Shown here: in pieces, positions 1-12,457 of the stretch
How positions within the stretch are numbered: position 1 is the first letter of the stretch
How the letters are laid out: every line of letters begins with the position of its first letter
From: Macrostomum lignano
Taxonomy: Eukaryota
Assembly (NCBI GenBank): GCA_002269645.1
Contig: NIVC01001375.1
Coordinates: 62,001 to 126,000, forward strand
Reading direction: 5' to 3'
DNA length: 64,000 bases
Position numbers and translations under genes: made by a program
The notes under the pieces: generated by a model
The model's database searches: none
Seen by the model: only the letters and a program-made list of their open reading frames with translations
What the model was told of the DNA's origin: nothing

Positions 1-532
1 GTTCAGTTTGTTCACCTCTAGGCTAGCTCTCATCGTTTTGATAACATCAACTTTTGCACTTATATAATTCAACACTTTAAAATCCAAGCATAGAGTAAAT
101 CACACGAAGCAGTTATGACATAATCAGTTTTTCAGTCAGTCGGTATCAGTTAACAATATGGTTACGCAATTTAAATCAAGTCTGGTGCTACGCTTTCACA
201 CTGCATTTCCAATTCAAGTCGGAGTTACAATTCAGTTATGATGCAATCTATTTCAGAATCAGAATTCAACCAGTAAGTTTTTTCTCTAGCATTCTTACAA
301 TGCATTTCAAGTCGAAAAGTTTGCTTGACCTTTGCAAAAAAAGCATGTTTTTCGAATATTTAATGCCTTTAGCATCGAGCAATTTCTTAGCCACGATGCA
401 TGTACCGTCACGGGAAAATTTCTGATCGAACAGTGCAAGTTCGAACAAAATCGGTCCAGCCATTTTTTCTCTAATCGATCACATAGATAGATAGATAGAT
501 AGACACAGACAGACCATTTTTAGTATATAGGA
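1..532 (-). mobile_element. Partial non-autonomous Helitron (5' part), diverged subfamily
   Basis: Minus strand begins TCCTATATACTAAAAATGG at 532, directly after the CTAG end of the next copy. Bases ~110-480 align with the 5' region of the other copies. It has a (GATA)n/GACA microsatellite near the 5' end. It probably continues off the window. Confidence 0.7.
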
Positions 533-669
533 CTAGCAATCTTCGCCCCCCGTTGGGGGACGTCTGTATAGAACCTCTGTTCTCTACAAGTAACAAAAAG
601 ATAGCCAAAAAAAGCCTTCACAAAGAAAACAGACAAAATACTCAAAGGAAGTTCAATGCAAAAAGAAAT

Positions 670-1128
670 CATCCCAAGACAGCAAGCATTCCCCAGATAG
701 CAAGCATCCTCCAGATTGCAAGCAACCCCCGGATAGCAAGCATCCCCCAGATAGCAAGCATCCCCCAGATAGCAAGCATCCCCTAGATAGCAACCATCCT
801 CCAGATAGCAAGCATCCCCCAGATAGCAAGCATCCCTCAGATAGCAAGCATCCCTCAGATAGCAAGCATCCCCCAGATAGCAAGCATCCCCCAGATAGCA
901 AGCATCCCCCAGATAGCAAGCATCCCCCAGATAGCAAGCATCCCAAGATAGCAAGCATCCCCCAGATAGCAAGCATCCCCCAGATAGCAAGCATCCCCAG
1001 ATAGCAAGCATCCCCCAGATAGCAAGCATCCCAAGATAGCAAGCATCCCCCAGATAGCAAGCATCCCCAAGAAAGAAAGCATCCCTCAGATAGCAAGCAT
1101 CCCCAAATAGCAAGCATCCACCAGACAA
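670..1128. repeat. 18-bp minisatellite (CAGATAGCAAGCATCCCC)n inside the Helitron
   Basis: Direct reading of tandem units. Equivalent arrays at ~4250-4740 and ~7860-8420 (more degenerate). Confidence 0.95.
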
Positions 1129-1214
1129 TAAGTAGCTAGTGCGACAATTTCCTTAGCATTATAGTGGCTCCTTTAAAATTCGCTTACTTTCACGTTTGAA
1201 ATTGTGTAAATTTT

Positions 1215-3510
1215 ATGTTCGACATGGTGGCTCTTTTATGCTTGACATGGTGGCTCTTTTATGTTCGACATGGTGGCTCTTTTATGTTTGACATGGTGGC
1301 TCTTAAATGTTTGACATGGTGGCTCTTTAATGTTCGACATGGTGGCTCTTTATTGTTTAACATGGTGGCTCTTTATGTTTGACATGGTGGCTCTTTAATG
1401 ATTGACATGGTGGCTCTTTTATGTTCGACATGGTGGCTCTTTTATGTTTGACATGGTGGCTCTTAAATGTTTGACATCGTGGCTCTTTAATGTTCGACAT
1501 GGTGGCTCTTTATTGTTTAACATGGTGGCTCTTTAATGTTTGACATGGTGGCTCTTTAATGTTTGAAATGGTAGCTCTTTCATGTTTGACATGGTGGCTC
1601 TTTAATGTTCGAAATAGTGGCTCTTTAATGTTCGAAATGGTGGCTCTTTAATGTTTGACACAAAGTCACATATATGTTTGACATGGTGGCTCTTAAATGT
1701 TTGACATGGTGGCTCTTAAATGTTTGACATGTTGGCTCTTTTATGTTTGACATGTTGGCTCTTTTATGTTTGACATGGTGGTTCTTTAATGTTCGAAAAA
1801 GTGGCTCCTAAATATTTGACATAGTGGCTCTTTGATGTTCGAAATAGTGGCTCTTTTATGGTCGACATGGTGGCTCTTTATTGTTTAACATGGTGGCTCT
1901 TTAATGTTCGACATATGGTGTCTCATTTATGTTTGACATGGTGGCTCTTTAATGTTTGACATTGAGTCACGTTTATGTTTCACATGATGACTCTTTTATG
2001 TTTGACATGATGGCTATTTTATGTTTGACATGGTAGCTCTTTTATATTTTACTTGGTGGCATTTCTATGTTTGACATAGTGGCTCTTTAATGTTTGACAT
2101 GGTGGCACTTTAATGTTTGACATAAAGTCACTTATATGTTCGAAATGGTGACTCTTTAATATTTTACATTGTGGCTCTTAAGTGTTCGACATGGTGGCTC
2201 TTTTAGGTTTAACATGGTGGCTCTTTTAGGTTTAACATGGTGGCTCTTTTAGGTTTAACATGGTGGCTCCTTTAGGTTTAACATGGTGGCTCTTAAATAT
2301 TTGACATAAAGTCACTTATATGGTTGACATGGTGGCTCTTTTATATTCTACATTTTGGCTCTTAAACTTTCGACATGGTGGCTCTTTTAGGTTTGACATG
2401 GTGGCTCTTTTATGCTTGATATGGTGGCTCTTTAATGTTTAACATTGTGGCTCTTAAGTGTTCGACATGGTGGCTCTTTAATGTTCGAAATGGTGGCTCT
2501 TTTGTTTTACATGGTGGCTCTTTAATGTTCGACATGGTGGCTCTTTTGTTTTACATGGTGGCTCTTTAATGTTCGACATGGTGGCTCTTTAATATTTTAC
2601 ATTGTGGCTCTTAAGTGTTCGACATGGTGGCTCTTTTAGGTTTAACATGGTGGCTCTTTTAGGTTTAACATGGTGGCTCTTAAATATTTGACATAAAGTC
2701 ACTTCTATGGTTGACATGGTGGCTCTTTTAGGTTTGACATGGTGACTTTTAATGTTAGACATGGTGGCTCTTTGATATTCGACAGGGTGGCTCTTTAATG
2801 TTCGACATGGTGGCTCTTTAATGTTAGACATGGTGGCTCTTTAATGTTCGACATGGTGACTCTTTAATGTTAGACATGGTGGCTCTTTAATGTTCGACAT
2901 GGTGGCTCTTTAATGTTCGACATGGTGGCTCTTTAATGTTTGACATCGTAGCTCTGTTATGTTCGAAATTGTGGCTCTTTAATGTTCGAAATGGTGGCTC
3001 TTTAATGTTTGACACAAAGTCACATATATGTTTGACATGGTGGCTCTTAAATGTTTGACATGGTGGCTCTTTATGTTTGACATGTTGGCTCTTTTATGTT
3101 TGACATGTTGGCTCTTTTATGTTTGACATGGTGGTTCTTTAATGTTCGAAAAAGCGGCTCCTAAATATTTGACATAGTGGCTCTTTGATGTTCGAAATAG
3201 TGGCTCTTTTATGGTCGACATGGTGGCTCTTTAATGTTCGAAATGGTGGCTCTTTAATGTTCGAAATAGTGGCTCTTTTATGTTCGACATGGTGGCTCTT
3301 TAATGTTCAAAATGGTGGCTGTTTAATGTTCGAAATGGTGGCTCTTTTATGTTTGACATAAAGTCACTTATATGTTTTACATGGTGCCTCTTAAATATTA
3401 GACATGGTGGCTCGTTTAGGTTTGACATGGTGGCTCTTTTATGTTTGACATGTTGGCTCTTTAATGTTCGACATGGTAGCTCTTCTATGTTTCACATTGC
3501 GCTTCTTTTA
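1215..3510. repeat. 23-bp minisatellite (TTTGACATGGTGGCTCTTTAATG)n inside the Helitron
   Basis: Roughly 100 degenerate tandem units. Confidence 0.95.
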
Positions 3511-3561
3511 TGTTTAGTAGTTTTGTGTTTTTTAGGTGTTTTAATAAAAAAAATCTTTTTT

Positions 3562-3628
3562 GCACTACCAAGATTCGAACCCAGGTCGCTACATTAGCAG
3601 TCCAGTCTGTTCGCATCTTGGCTATCTC
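3562..3628 (-). ncRNA. Degenerate tRNA-like (Ser-GCT-like) Pol III cassette within the Helitron; copies at 7168-7234 and 10866-10932
   Basis: Minus strand reads TAGCCAAG (A-box-like), TGGACTGCTAAT (anticodon-arm-like) and GGGTTCGAATC (B-box/T-loop), followed by a T8 run. No acceptor stem, so it is not a functional tRNA. Confidence 0.55.
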
Positions 3629-4107
3629 TTTTCAATTGGAGAACATGAATTGTGGCCCTTATAATTCAATTCTTACAGCAAGTCAATTGGAGTAAAAAGT
3701 TATGACATAATCAATTTCTCAGTCAGCCAGTATCAGTCTCACTTCAAGTTAGCAATATTGGTTACGCAATTTTAATCAAGTCTTGTGCGCATTTCTCCGG
3801 CACTGTTTTCAACTTGTTGTGATGCAATCTTTATCAGAATTGAAATTCAGTCAGTCATTTTTTCTCTAGCATTCTTACAATGCATTTCAGGTCGAAAGAG
3901 CTGCTTGACCTTTGCAAAAAAGCATGTTTTTCGAATATTTAATCCCTTTAACATTGAGCAATTTCTTAGCCAAGATGCATGTACCGTCCCAGGAAAATTT
4001 CTGATCGAATGGTGCAAGTTTGAAGAAAATCGGTTGAGCCAATTTTTCTGAAATCTATCGCATACCCACATACCCACATACAGACAACTCATTTTTAGTA
4101 TATAGGA

Positions 4108-7100
4108 CTAGCAATCTTCGCCCCCCGCTGGGGGACATCTGTATAGAACCTCTGTTCTCTACAAGTAACAAAAAGATAGCCAAAAAAAGCCTTCGCAAAG
4201 AAAACAGACAAAATACTCAAAGGTAGTGCAATGCAAAAAAAAATCATTCCAAGACAGCAAGCATCCCCCAGATAGCAAGCATCCCCCAGATAGCAAGCAT
4301 ACCCCAGATAGCAAGCATCCCTCAGATAGCAACCATCCCCCAGATAGCAAGCATCCCCCAGATAGCAAGCATCCCCCAGATAGCAAGCATCCCTCAGATA
4401 GCAAGCATCCCCCAGATAGCAAGCATCCCCCAGATAGCAAGCATCCCTCAGATAGCAACCATCCCCCAGATAGCAAGCATCCCCCAGATAGCAAGCATCC
4501 CCCAGATAGCAAGCATCCCCAGATAGCAAGTATCCCCAAGATAGCAAGCATCCCCCAGATAGCAAGCATCCCCCAGATAGCAAGCATCCCTCAGATAGCA
4601 AGCATCCCCCAGATAGCAAGCATCCCCCGGATAGCAAGCATCCCCCAGATAGCAAGTATCCCCAAGATAGCAAGCATCCCCCAGATAGCAAGCATCCCCT
4701 ACATAGATAGCATCCCCAAATAGCAAGCATCCACCAGACAATAAGTAGCTAGTGGCTCCTTTAAAATTCGCTTACTTTTACGTTTGAAATTGTGTAAATT
4801 TTATGTTTGACATGGTGGCTCTTTTATGTTCTACATGGCAACTCTTTTATGTTTGAAACGATGGCTTTTTAATGTCTGACATGGTGGCTCTTTTATGTTT
4901 GACATGGTGGCTCTTTATTGTTTGACATGGTGGCTCTTTAATGTTTGACATGGTGGCTCTTTTATGTTTGACACAGTGGCCCTTTAATGTTCGACAAAGT
5001 GGCTATTTAATGTTTGACAAGGTGGCTTTTAAATGTTTGACATGGTGGCTCCTTAATGTTCGAAATGGTGGCTCTTTAATGTATGACATAAAGACACATA
5101 TATACTTGACATGGTGGCTCTTAAATGTTTGACATGGTGGCTCTTTATTGTTTGACATAGTGGCTCTTTAATGATCGACAAAGTGGCTCTTTAATGTTCT
5201 TCATGGTATAGCTCTTTTATGTTCGACATGGTGGCTCTTAAATGTTTGACATGGTGGCTTTTTAATGTTAGAAATGGTGGCTCTTTTGTTTGACATGGTG
5301 GCTCTTTAATATTCTACATTGTGGCTCTTAAGTGTTCGAAATGGTGGATCTTTTAGGTTTGACATGATGGCTGTTTAATGTTTGACATGGTAGCTCTTTT
5401 ATGTTGACATGGTAGCTCTTTTAGGTTTGACATGGTGGCTGTTGAATGTTCAGTATGATGGCTCTTTAATGTTCAACATAGTGGCTCTTTAATATTCTAC
5501 ATGGTGGCTCTTTTATGTTTAACATGGTGGCTCTTTTGTTTTACATGGTGGCTCTTTAATGTTTGACATAAAGTCACTTATACGTTCGAAATGGTGGCTC
5601 TTTAATAGTTTAAATTGTGGCTCTTAAGTGTTCGACATGGTGGCTCTTTTAGGTTTGACATGGTGGCTCTTTTATGCTTGATATGGTGGCTCTTTAATGT
5701 TTAACATGGTGTCTTTTAATGTTAGACATGGTGGCTCTTTAATGTTCGACATGGTGGCTCTTTGATATTCGACAGGGTGGCTCTTAAATGTTTGACATGG
5801 TGGCTCTTTTTTGTTCGAAATGGTGGCTCTTTTTTGTTCTACATAGTAACTCTTATATCTGATACGGTGGCTTTTTTAATGTCTGACATGTTGGCTCTTT
5901 TATGTTCAAAATGGTGGCTCTTTTATGTTTGACATGGTGGCTCTTTAATGATTGACATGGTGGCTCTTTTATGTTCGACATGGTGGCTCTTTAATGTTCG
6001 AAATGGTGGCTTTTTAATGTTTGACACAAAGTCACACTGATGTTTGACATGGTGGCTCTTTATGTTTGACATGTTGGCTCTTTTATGTTTGACATGTTGG
6101 CTCTTTTATGTTTGACATAGTGGCTCTTTGATGTTCGAAATAGTGGCTCTTTTATGGTCGACATGGTGGCTCTTTAATGTTCGAAATGGTGGCTGTTTAA
6201 TGTTCGAAATAGTGGCTCTTTTATGTTCGGCATGGTGGCTCTTTAATGTTCGAAATGGTGGCTGTTTAATGTTCGAAATGGTGGCTCTCTTATGTTTGAC
6301 ATAAAGTCACTTATATGTTTTACATGGTGCCTCTTAAATATTAGACATGGTGGCTCGTTTAGGTTTGACATGGTGGCTCTTTTATGTTTGACATGTTGGC
6401 TCTTTAATTTTCGACATGGTGGCTCTTCTATGTTCGAAATGGTGGCTTTTTAATGTTCAAAATAGTGGCTCTTTATGTTCGACATGGTGGCTCTTTAATG
6501 TTCGAAATGGTGGCTCTTTAATGTACGACATAATGGCTCTTTAATGTTTGACAATGTGGCTTTTGAATGTTTGACATGGTGGCTCTTTAATGTTTGACAT
6601 GGTAGCTCTGTTATGTTCGACATGGTGGCTCTTTAATGTTCGAAATAGTGGCTCTTTAATGTTCGAAATGGTGGCTCTTTAATGTTTGACACAAAGTCAC
6701 ATTTATGTTTGACATGGTGGCTCCTAAATGTTTGACATGGTGGCTCTTTATGTTTGACATGTTGGCTCTTTTATGTTTGACATGGTGGCTCTTTATGTTT
6801 GACATGTTGGCTCTTTTATGTTTGACATAGTGGCTCTTTGATGTTCGAAATAGTGGCTCTTTTATGGTCGACATGGTGGCTCTTTAATGTTCGACATGGT
6901 GGCTCTTTAATGTTCGAAATGGTGGCTGTTTAATGTTCGAAATGGTGGCTCTATTATGTTGACATAAAGTCACTTATATGTTTTACATGGTGCCTCTTAA
7001 ATATTAGACATGGTGGCTCGTTTAGGTTTGACATGGTGGCTCTTTTATGTTTGACATGTTGGCTCTTTAATGTTCGACATGGTGGCTCTTCTATGTTTGA

Positions 7101-7717
7101 CATTGCGCTTCTTTTATGTTTAGCAGTTTCGTGTTTTTAAGGTGTTTTAATAAAAAAAATCTTTTTTGCACTACTAAGATTCGAACCCAGGTCGCTACAT
7201 TAGCATTCCAGTCTGTTCGCATCAGGGCTATCTTTTTTCAATTGGAGAAAATGAATTGTGGCCCTTATAATTCAATTCTTACAGCAAGTCAATTGGAGTA
7301 GAAAGTTATGACATAATCAATTTCTCAGTCAGCCAGAATCAGTCTCAATTTAAGTTGGCAATATGGTTACGCAATTTCATTCAAGTCGTGTGTGTATTTC
7401 TTTGACACTGTTTTCAACTTGTTGTGATGCAATCTTTATCACAATCGGAATTCAGTCAGTCAGTTTTTTCTCTAGCATTCTTACAATGTATTTCAGGTCG
7501 AAAGAGCTGCTTGACCTTTGCAAAAAAGCATGTTTTTCGAATATTTAATCCCTTTAACATTGGGCAATTTCTTAGCCAAGATGCATGTACCGTCCCAGGA
7601 AAATTTCTGATCGAATGGTGCAAGTTTGAAGAAAATCGGTTGAGCCAATTTTTCTGAAATCAATCGCATACCCACATACCCACATACCCACAGACAACTC
7701 ATTTTTAGTATATAGGA
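4108..7717 (-). mobile_element. Non-autonomous Helitron copy (3610 bp)
   Basis: Same termini (TC...hairpin-CTAG) and same internal module order as its neighbours. Confidence 0.85.
4802..7110. repeat. 23-bp minisatellite, second Helitron copy
   Basis: Same unit as 1215-3510. Confidence 0.95.
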
Positions 7718-10700
7718 CTAGCAATCTTCGCCCCCCGATGGGGGACATCTGGATTGAATCCTTGTTCTTTACAAATAAAGACTCCAAGAGAAATAACAAA
7801 TAGACAGGGTCATAAAGCCTTCATGAAAAAGCAACAGACATTTCCTCTAAAAACAAAACATCCCAAGACAGCAAGCATCCCCAGACAGCATTCAAGCATC
7901 GATCCCTAAATAGCAAACATCACCCAGACTGCAAGCATTCCATAGATAGCAAGCATCCACCCGATAGCAAGAAACCCCAGATAGCAAGCATCCCCCAGAT
8001 AGCAAGCATCCCCCAGACCCCAGATAGCAAGCATCCGCCAGATAGCAAGCATCCCCCAGATAGCAAGCATCCGCCAGATAGCAAGCATCCCCCAGATAGC
8101 AAGCATCCCCCAGATAGCAAGCATCCCCCAGATAGCAAGCATCCCCAAGATAGCAAGCATCCCCCAGACCGCAAGCAACCCCAGATAGCAAGCATAACCT
8201 GGATACAAAGAGACCTTATAGATATCTAGCAACCCCCTCTCAAGATAGCAAGTACCCTCCACCCCCCAAGAGCAAGCATCTCCCAATAGCAAGTAACCCC
8301 AGTAGCAAGCATCCTTCCGGTAGCAAGCATCCCACCAATAGCAAGCATCCCTCAGATAGCAAGCATCCATCAGATAGCAAGTATCCCCCTGATAGCAAGT
8401 ATCTATCCTTAAATAGCAATCCTCCAACAGAGAACAAGTAGCTAGTGCAACAATTTCCTTAGCTTTATAGTGGCTCCGTTTTGTTTGGCATGACACTTTT
8501 TATGTTTGAAACGGTGTCTCTTTTATGTTTGAAACGGTGGCTCTTTTATGTTTGAAATTGTGGCTCTTCTATGTTTGACATGACGTCTCTTCTATGTTTG
8601 ACATGGTGGCTCTTTAATGTTCGACATGATGGCTCTTCTATGTTTGCCATGGCGGCCCTTTTACGTTTAAAATGGTGTCTCTGTTATGTTTGACATGGTG
8701 GCTCAGTTGTTTGACATGGTGGCTCAGTTGTTTGACATGGTGGCTCAGTTGTTTGACATGGTGGCTCAGTTGTTTGACATGGTGGCTCAGTTGTTTGACA
8801 TGGTGGCTCAGTTGTTTGACATGGTGGCTCAGTTGTTTGACATGGTGGCTCAGTTGTTTGACATGGAGTTACGTATATGTTTGACATGGTGGCTCTTTTA
8901 TGTTCGACATGGTGGCACTTTTATGTTTGGCATAGTGGCTCTTTTATATTTGACATGATGGCTATTTTATATTCGACATGTTGCTCTTTTATGTTTGACA
9001 CGGAGTCACGTATATGTTTGACGAAATGGCTCTTTAATGTTCGCAATGTTGGCCCTCTTATGTTTGACATGGAGTCACATATATGTTTCACATGGTGGCG
9101 CTTTAATGTTTGACATGGAGTCACGTATATGTTTGACATGGTGGCTCTTTTATGTTCGACATGGTGCTCTTTTATGTTTGGCATGGTGGCTCTGTTATGT
9201 TTGACATGGTGGCTCAGTTGTTTGACATGGTGGCTCTTTAATGTTTGACATGGAGTCACGTATATGTTTGACATGGTGGCTCTTTTATGTTTGACATAGT
9301 GGCTCTTTAATGTTCGCCATGGTGGCTTTTTTATGTTCGACATGGTGCTCTTTTATGTTTGACATGGTGGCACTTTAATGTTTGACATGGTGGCTCTTTA
9401 ATGTTTGACATGGTAGCTCTTTAATGTTTGACATGGTGGCTCTTTAATGTTTGACATGGTGGCTCTTTAATGTTTGACATGGTGGCTCTTTAATGTTTGA
9501 AATGGTGGCTCTTTATTGTTCGACATGGTGGCTCTTTTTTCGACATGGTGGCTCTTTAATGTTCGACATGGTGGCTCTTTTAGGTTCGAAATGGTGGCTC
9601 TTTTATGTTTGACATGGTGGCTCTTTAATGTTTGACATGGTGGCTCTTTAATGTTAAATGTTAAATGTTTGACATGGTGGCTCATTAATGTTTGACATGG
9701 TGGCTCTTTAATGTTTGACATGGTAGCTCTTTAATGTTTGACATGGTGGCTCTTTAATGTTTGACATGGTGGCTCTTTAATGTTTGACATGGTGGCTCTT
9801 TAATGTTTGACATGGTGGCTCTTTAATGTTTGACATGATGGCTCTTTAATGTTTGACATGGTGGCTCTTTTATGTTTGACATGGTGGCTCTTTAATGTTT
9901 GACATGGTGGCTCTTAAATGTTTGACATGGTGGCTCTTTAATGTTTGACATGGTGGCTCTTTAATGTTTGAAATGGTGGCTCTTTATTGTTCGACATGGT
10001 GGCTCTTTTAGGTTCGACATAGTGGCTCTTTAGTGTTTGACAATGTGGCTCTTAATGTTTTACATGGTGGCTCTTTAATGTTCGACATGGTGGCTCTTTT
10101 ATGTTCGACATGGTGGCTCTTTAATGTTTGACATGGTTTTTCTTTTATGTTTGACATGGTAGCTCATTTATGTTCGACATGGTGGCTCTTTAATGTTTGA
10201 CATGGAGTCATGTATATGTTTGACATGGTGGCTCTTTAATGTTTGACATGGTGGCTCTTTAATGTTTGACATGGTGGCTCTTTAATGTTTGACATGGTGG
10301 CTCTTTAATGTTTGACATGGTGACTCGTTAATGTTAGACATGGTGGCTCTTTTATGTTTGACCTGGTGGCACCTTAATGTCTGTAATGATGGCTCTTTAA
10401 TGTTCGACATGGTGCCTCTTTAATGTTTGACATGGTGGCTCTTTATTGTTAAACATGGTGGCTGTTTAATTTTTGACATGGTGGCTCTTTATTGTTCGAC
10501 ATGGTGGCTCTTTAATGTTCGAAATGGTGGCTCTTTAATGTTCGAAATAGTGGCTCTTTTATGTTCAACATGGTGGCTCTTTAATGTTCGAAATGGTGGC
10601 TGTTTAATGTTCGAAATGGTGGCTCTTTTATGTTTGACATAAAGTCACTTGTATGTTTTACATGGTGCCTCTTAAATATTAGACATGGTGGCTTATTTAG

Positions 10701-11401
10701 GTTTGACATGGTGGCTCTTTTATGTTTGACCAGGTAACTCTTTTATGTTCGATATGTTGGCTCTTTAATGTTCGACATGGTGGCTCTTCTATGTTTGACA
10801 TTGCACTTCTTTTATGTTTAGCAGTTTTTTGTTTTTAAGGTGTTTTAATAAAAAAAATCTATTTTGCACTACTAAGATTCGAACCCAGGTCGCTACATTA
10901 GCATTCCAGTCTGTTCGCACCAGGGCTATCTTTTTTCAATTGGAGAACATGAATTGTGGCCCTTATAATTCAATTCTTACAGCAAGTCAATTGGAGCAAA
11001 AAGTTATGACATAATCAATTTCTCAGTCAGCCAGTATCAGTCTCAATTTAAGTTGGCAATATGGTTACGCAATTTCAATTCAAGTCGTGTGTGCGTTTCT
11101 TTGACACTGTTTTCAACTTGTTGTGATGCAATCTTTATCACAATCGGAATTCAGCCAGTCAGTTTTTTTCTCTAGCATTCTTACAATGCATTTCAAGTGG
11201 AAAATTTGGCTTGACCTTTGCAAAAAAGCATGTTTTTCGAATATTTAATCCCTTTAACATTGAGCAATTTCTTAGCCAAGATGCATGTACCGTCCCAGGA
11301 AAATTTCTGATCGAATGGTGCAAGTTTGAAGAAAATCGGTTGAGCCAATTTTTCTGAAATCTATCGCATACCCACAGACAACTCATTTTTAGTATATAGG
11401 A
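7718..11401 (-). mobile_element. Non-autonomous Helitron copy (3684 bp), outermost 5' end of the array
   Basis: 5' TC at 11401-11400 is preceded on the minus strand by A (11402), matching the Helitron A^T insertion rule. 3' CTAG at 7721-7718 with hairpin. Confidence 0.85.
8480..10810. repeat. 23-bp minisatellite, third Helitron copy, with a 21-bp sub-array at ~8688-8865
   Basis: Same unit, plus a homogeneous TTTGACATGGTGGCTCAGTTG block. Confidence 0.95.
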
Positions 11402-11643
11402 TTCAAGCATACAAACCTTAGAGATTTAGTATATTTAAGATTATGGACATACAAATATTAGAGATTTAGTATATTTAGATTGACTTTATTGAAAGATTGA
11501 ACCATGATAGAAGTTCTAGCAACACATGAAACCAACCAGTATCAAGCCAGGATCAAGGACTAGTCAAGTTTTTAAGCAGTAAGAAGCACTGCAACATTAC
11601 AACAGAGATGGTACTCAAGCCAATTAAACGATCCAAACAACAG

Positions 11644-12143
11644 GACTGCCTGGTGAGGCCGGACGCAACGGTTCGGACACGATTGGCTCGTACTCCGGCT
11701 TCACCGGCTTTGGTGGAACCAACGGGGCTCCGGGCTCCAACACTCCGAGCCGCACTGGGTCCGGCTACACTCACGGCGGCTGCGGTGCCGGCTGGCTCGG
11801 CAAGGCCGTCAACCCGAGACGAGGCAACACCGACGGAGAGCGAGGCGGCAGCGCGGCCGACGGCTGGATCGGCGGCAGCGGCGGCGACGGAGGCGGCGGC
11901 GACGGCGGATTCGGCGGCGGCGGCGGCGGAGGCGGCAACCCTGGAGGCAAAATCGCAGCCCCCGGCGCCGGCGGCGGTTTTAGCGGAGGCGGCGGTGGTC
12001 TCGGAGATGGCCACGCTGCCGGAGGCGGCGGCTCCATCTGCATCGGCGGCGGTGGTTGCATCACTGTCACTGGCGGCAACTCAGACAGAGAGCAGGGAAG
12101 AGTGGCTGTGCGGCTGCTGCACGCTTCATCCTCGACGTGCTGA
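11644..12143 (+). CDS. Terminal exon of a secreted ALK/LTK-like glycine-rich domain protein (upstream exons not in the window)
   Basis: Acceptor aacaacag|GA at 11643, then 166 open codons: LPGEAGRNG...GAGWLG...GWIGG...GGFGGGGG...GAGGGFSGGGG...GGGGSIC...GGNSDREQGRVAVRLL...TC-stop. The frame is absent from the ORF track because it has no start codon. Confidence 0.8.
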
Positions 12144-12167
12144 CGTCATATTTTGCTTTATACCGAG

Positions 12168-12457
12168 TCCCTGTATTCACGGGTCTTTTTTTGGCTCGCT
12201 TGGTTGAAATACTCTTGACTCTTGGATTCCAGTCAAACTTCACTTAACAACATTGAGATGAATTATGTTGAGTTCAATGCAGCAATTTCGAATGTACTTC
12301 GTACATTCAACATTGTAAGAATGTAATGCAACATTCGAAATTGCTGCATTGAACTCAACATAATTCATCTCAATGTTGTTAAGTGAGGTTTGACTGGAAT
12401 CCAAGAGTCAAGAGTATTTCAACCAAGCGAGCCAAAAAAGACCCGTGAATACATGGA
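12168..12457. mobile_element. Foldback/MITE-like palindrome, ~124-bp arms with 35-bp spacer
   Basis: 12172-12295 is the near-perfect reverse complement of 12331-12453. No target-site duplication recognised. Confidence 0.75.

Larger units (their letters stand above)
533..4107 (-). mobile_element. Non-autonomous Helitron copy (3575 bp)
   Basis: 5' TC at 4107-4106 and 3' CTAG at 536-533. A C-run/G-run hairpin (+ strand cgccccccgttgggggac) lies ~10 nt inside the CTAG. No Rep/helicase ORF. Confidence 0.85.

Noticed and set aside
3562-3628. Functional tRNA-Ser gene
   Set aside because: No acceptor stem, a mismatched anticodon stem and no proper variable arm; kept only as a tRNA-like cassette.
520-10642. 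Many ORFs with GDACYL, WGMLAI, IASIPQ or FDMVAL repeats
   Set aside because: They are translations of the 18- and 23-bp minisatellites in several frames on both strands, with no domain or splice context.
1215-10810. Repeat arrays superficially like CRISPR
   Set aside because: Units are contiguous with no unique spacers, there are no cas genes, and the context is eukaryotic.
11553-12207. ORFs 11608-12207 (+), 11553-12014 (-) and 11771-12079 (-)
   Set aside because: They are shadow frames of the GGC-rich Gly-rich exon, whose true frame matches the paralog at 15013-16250.
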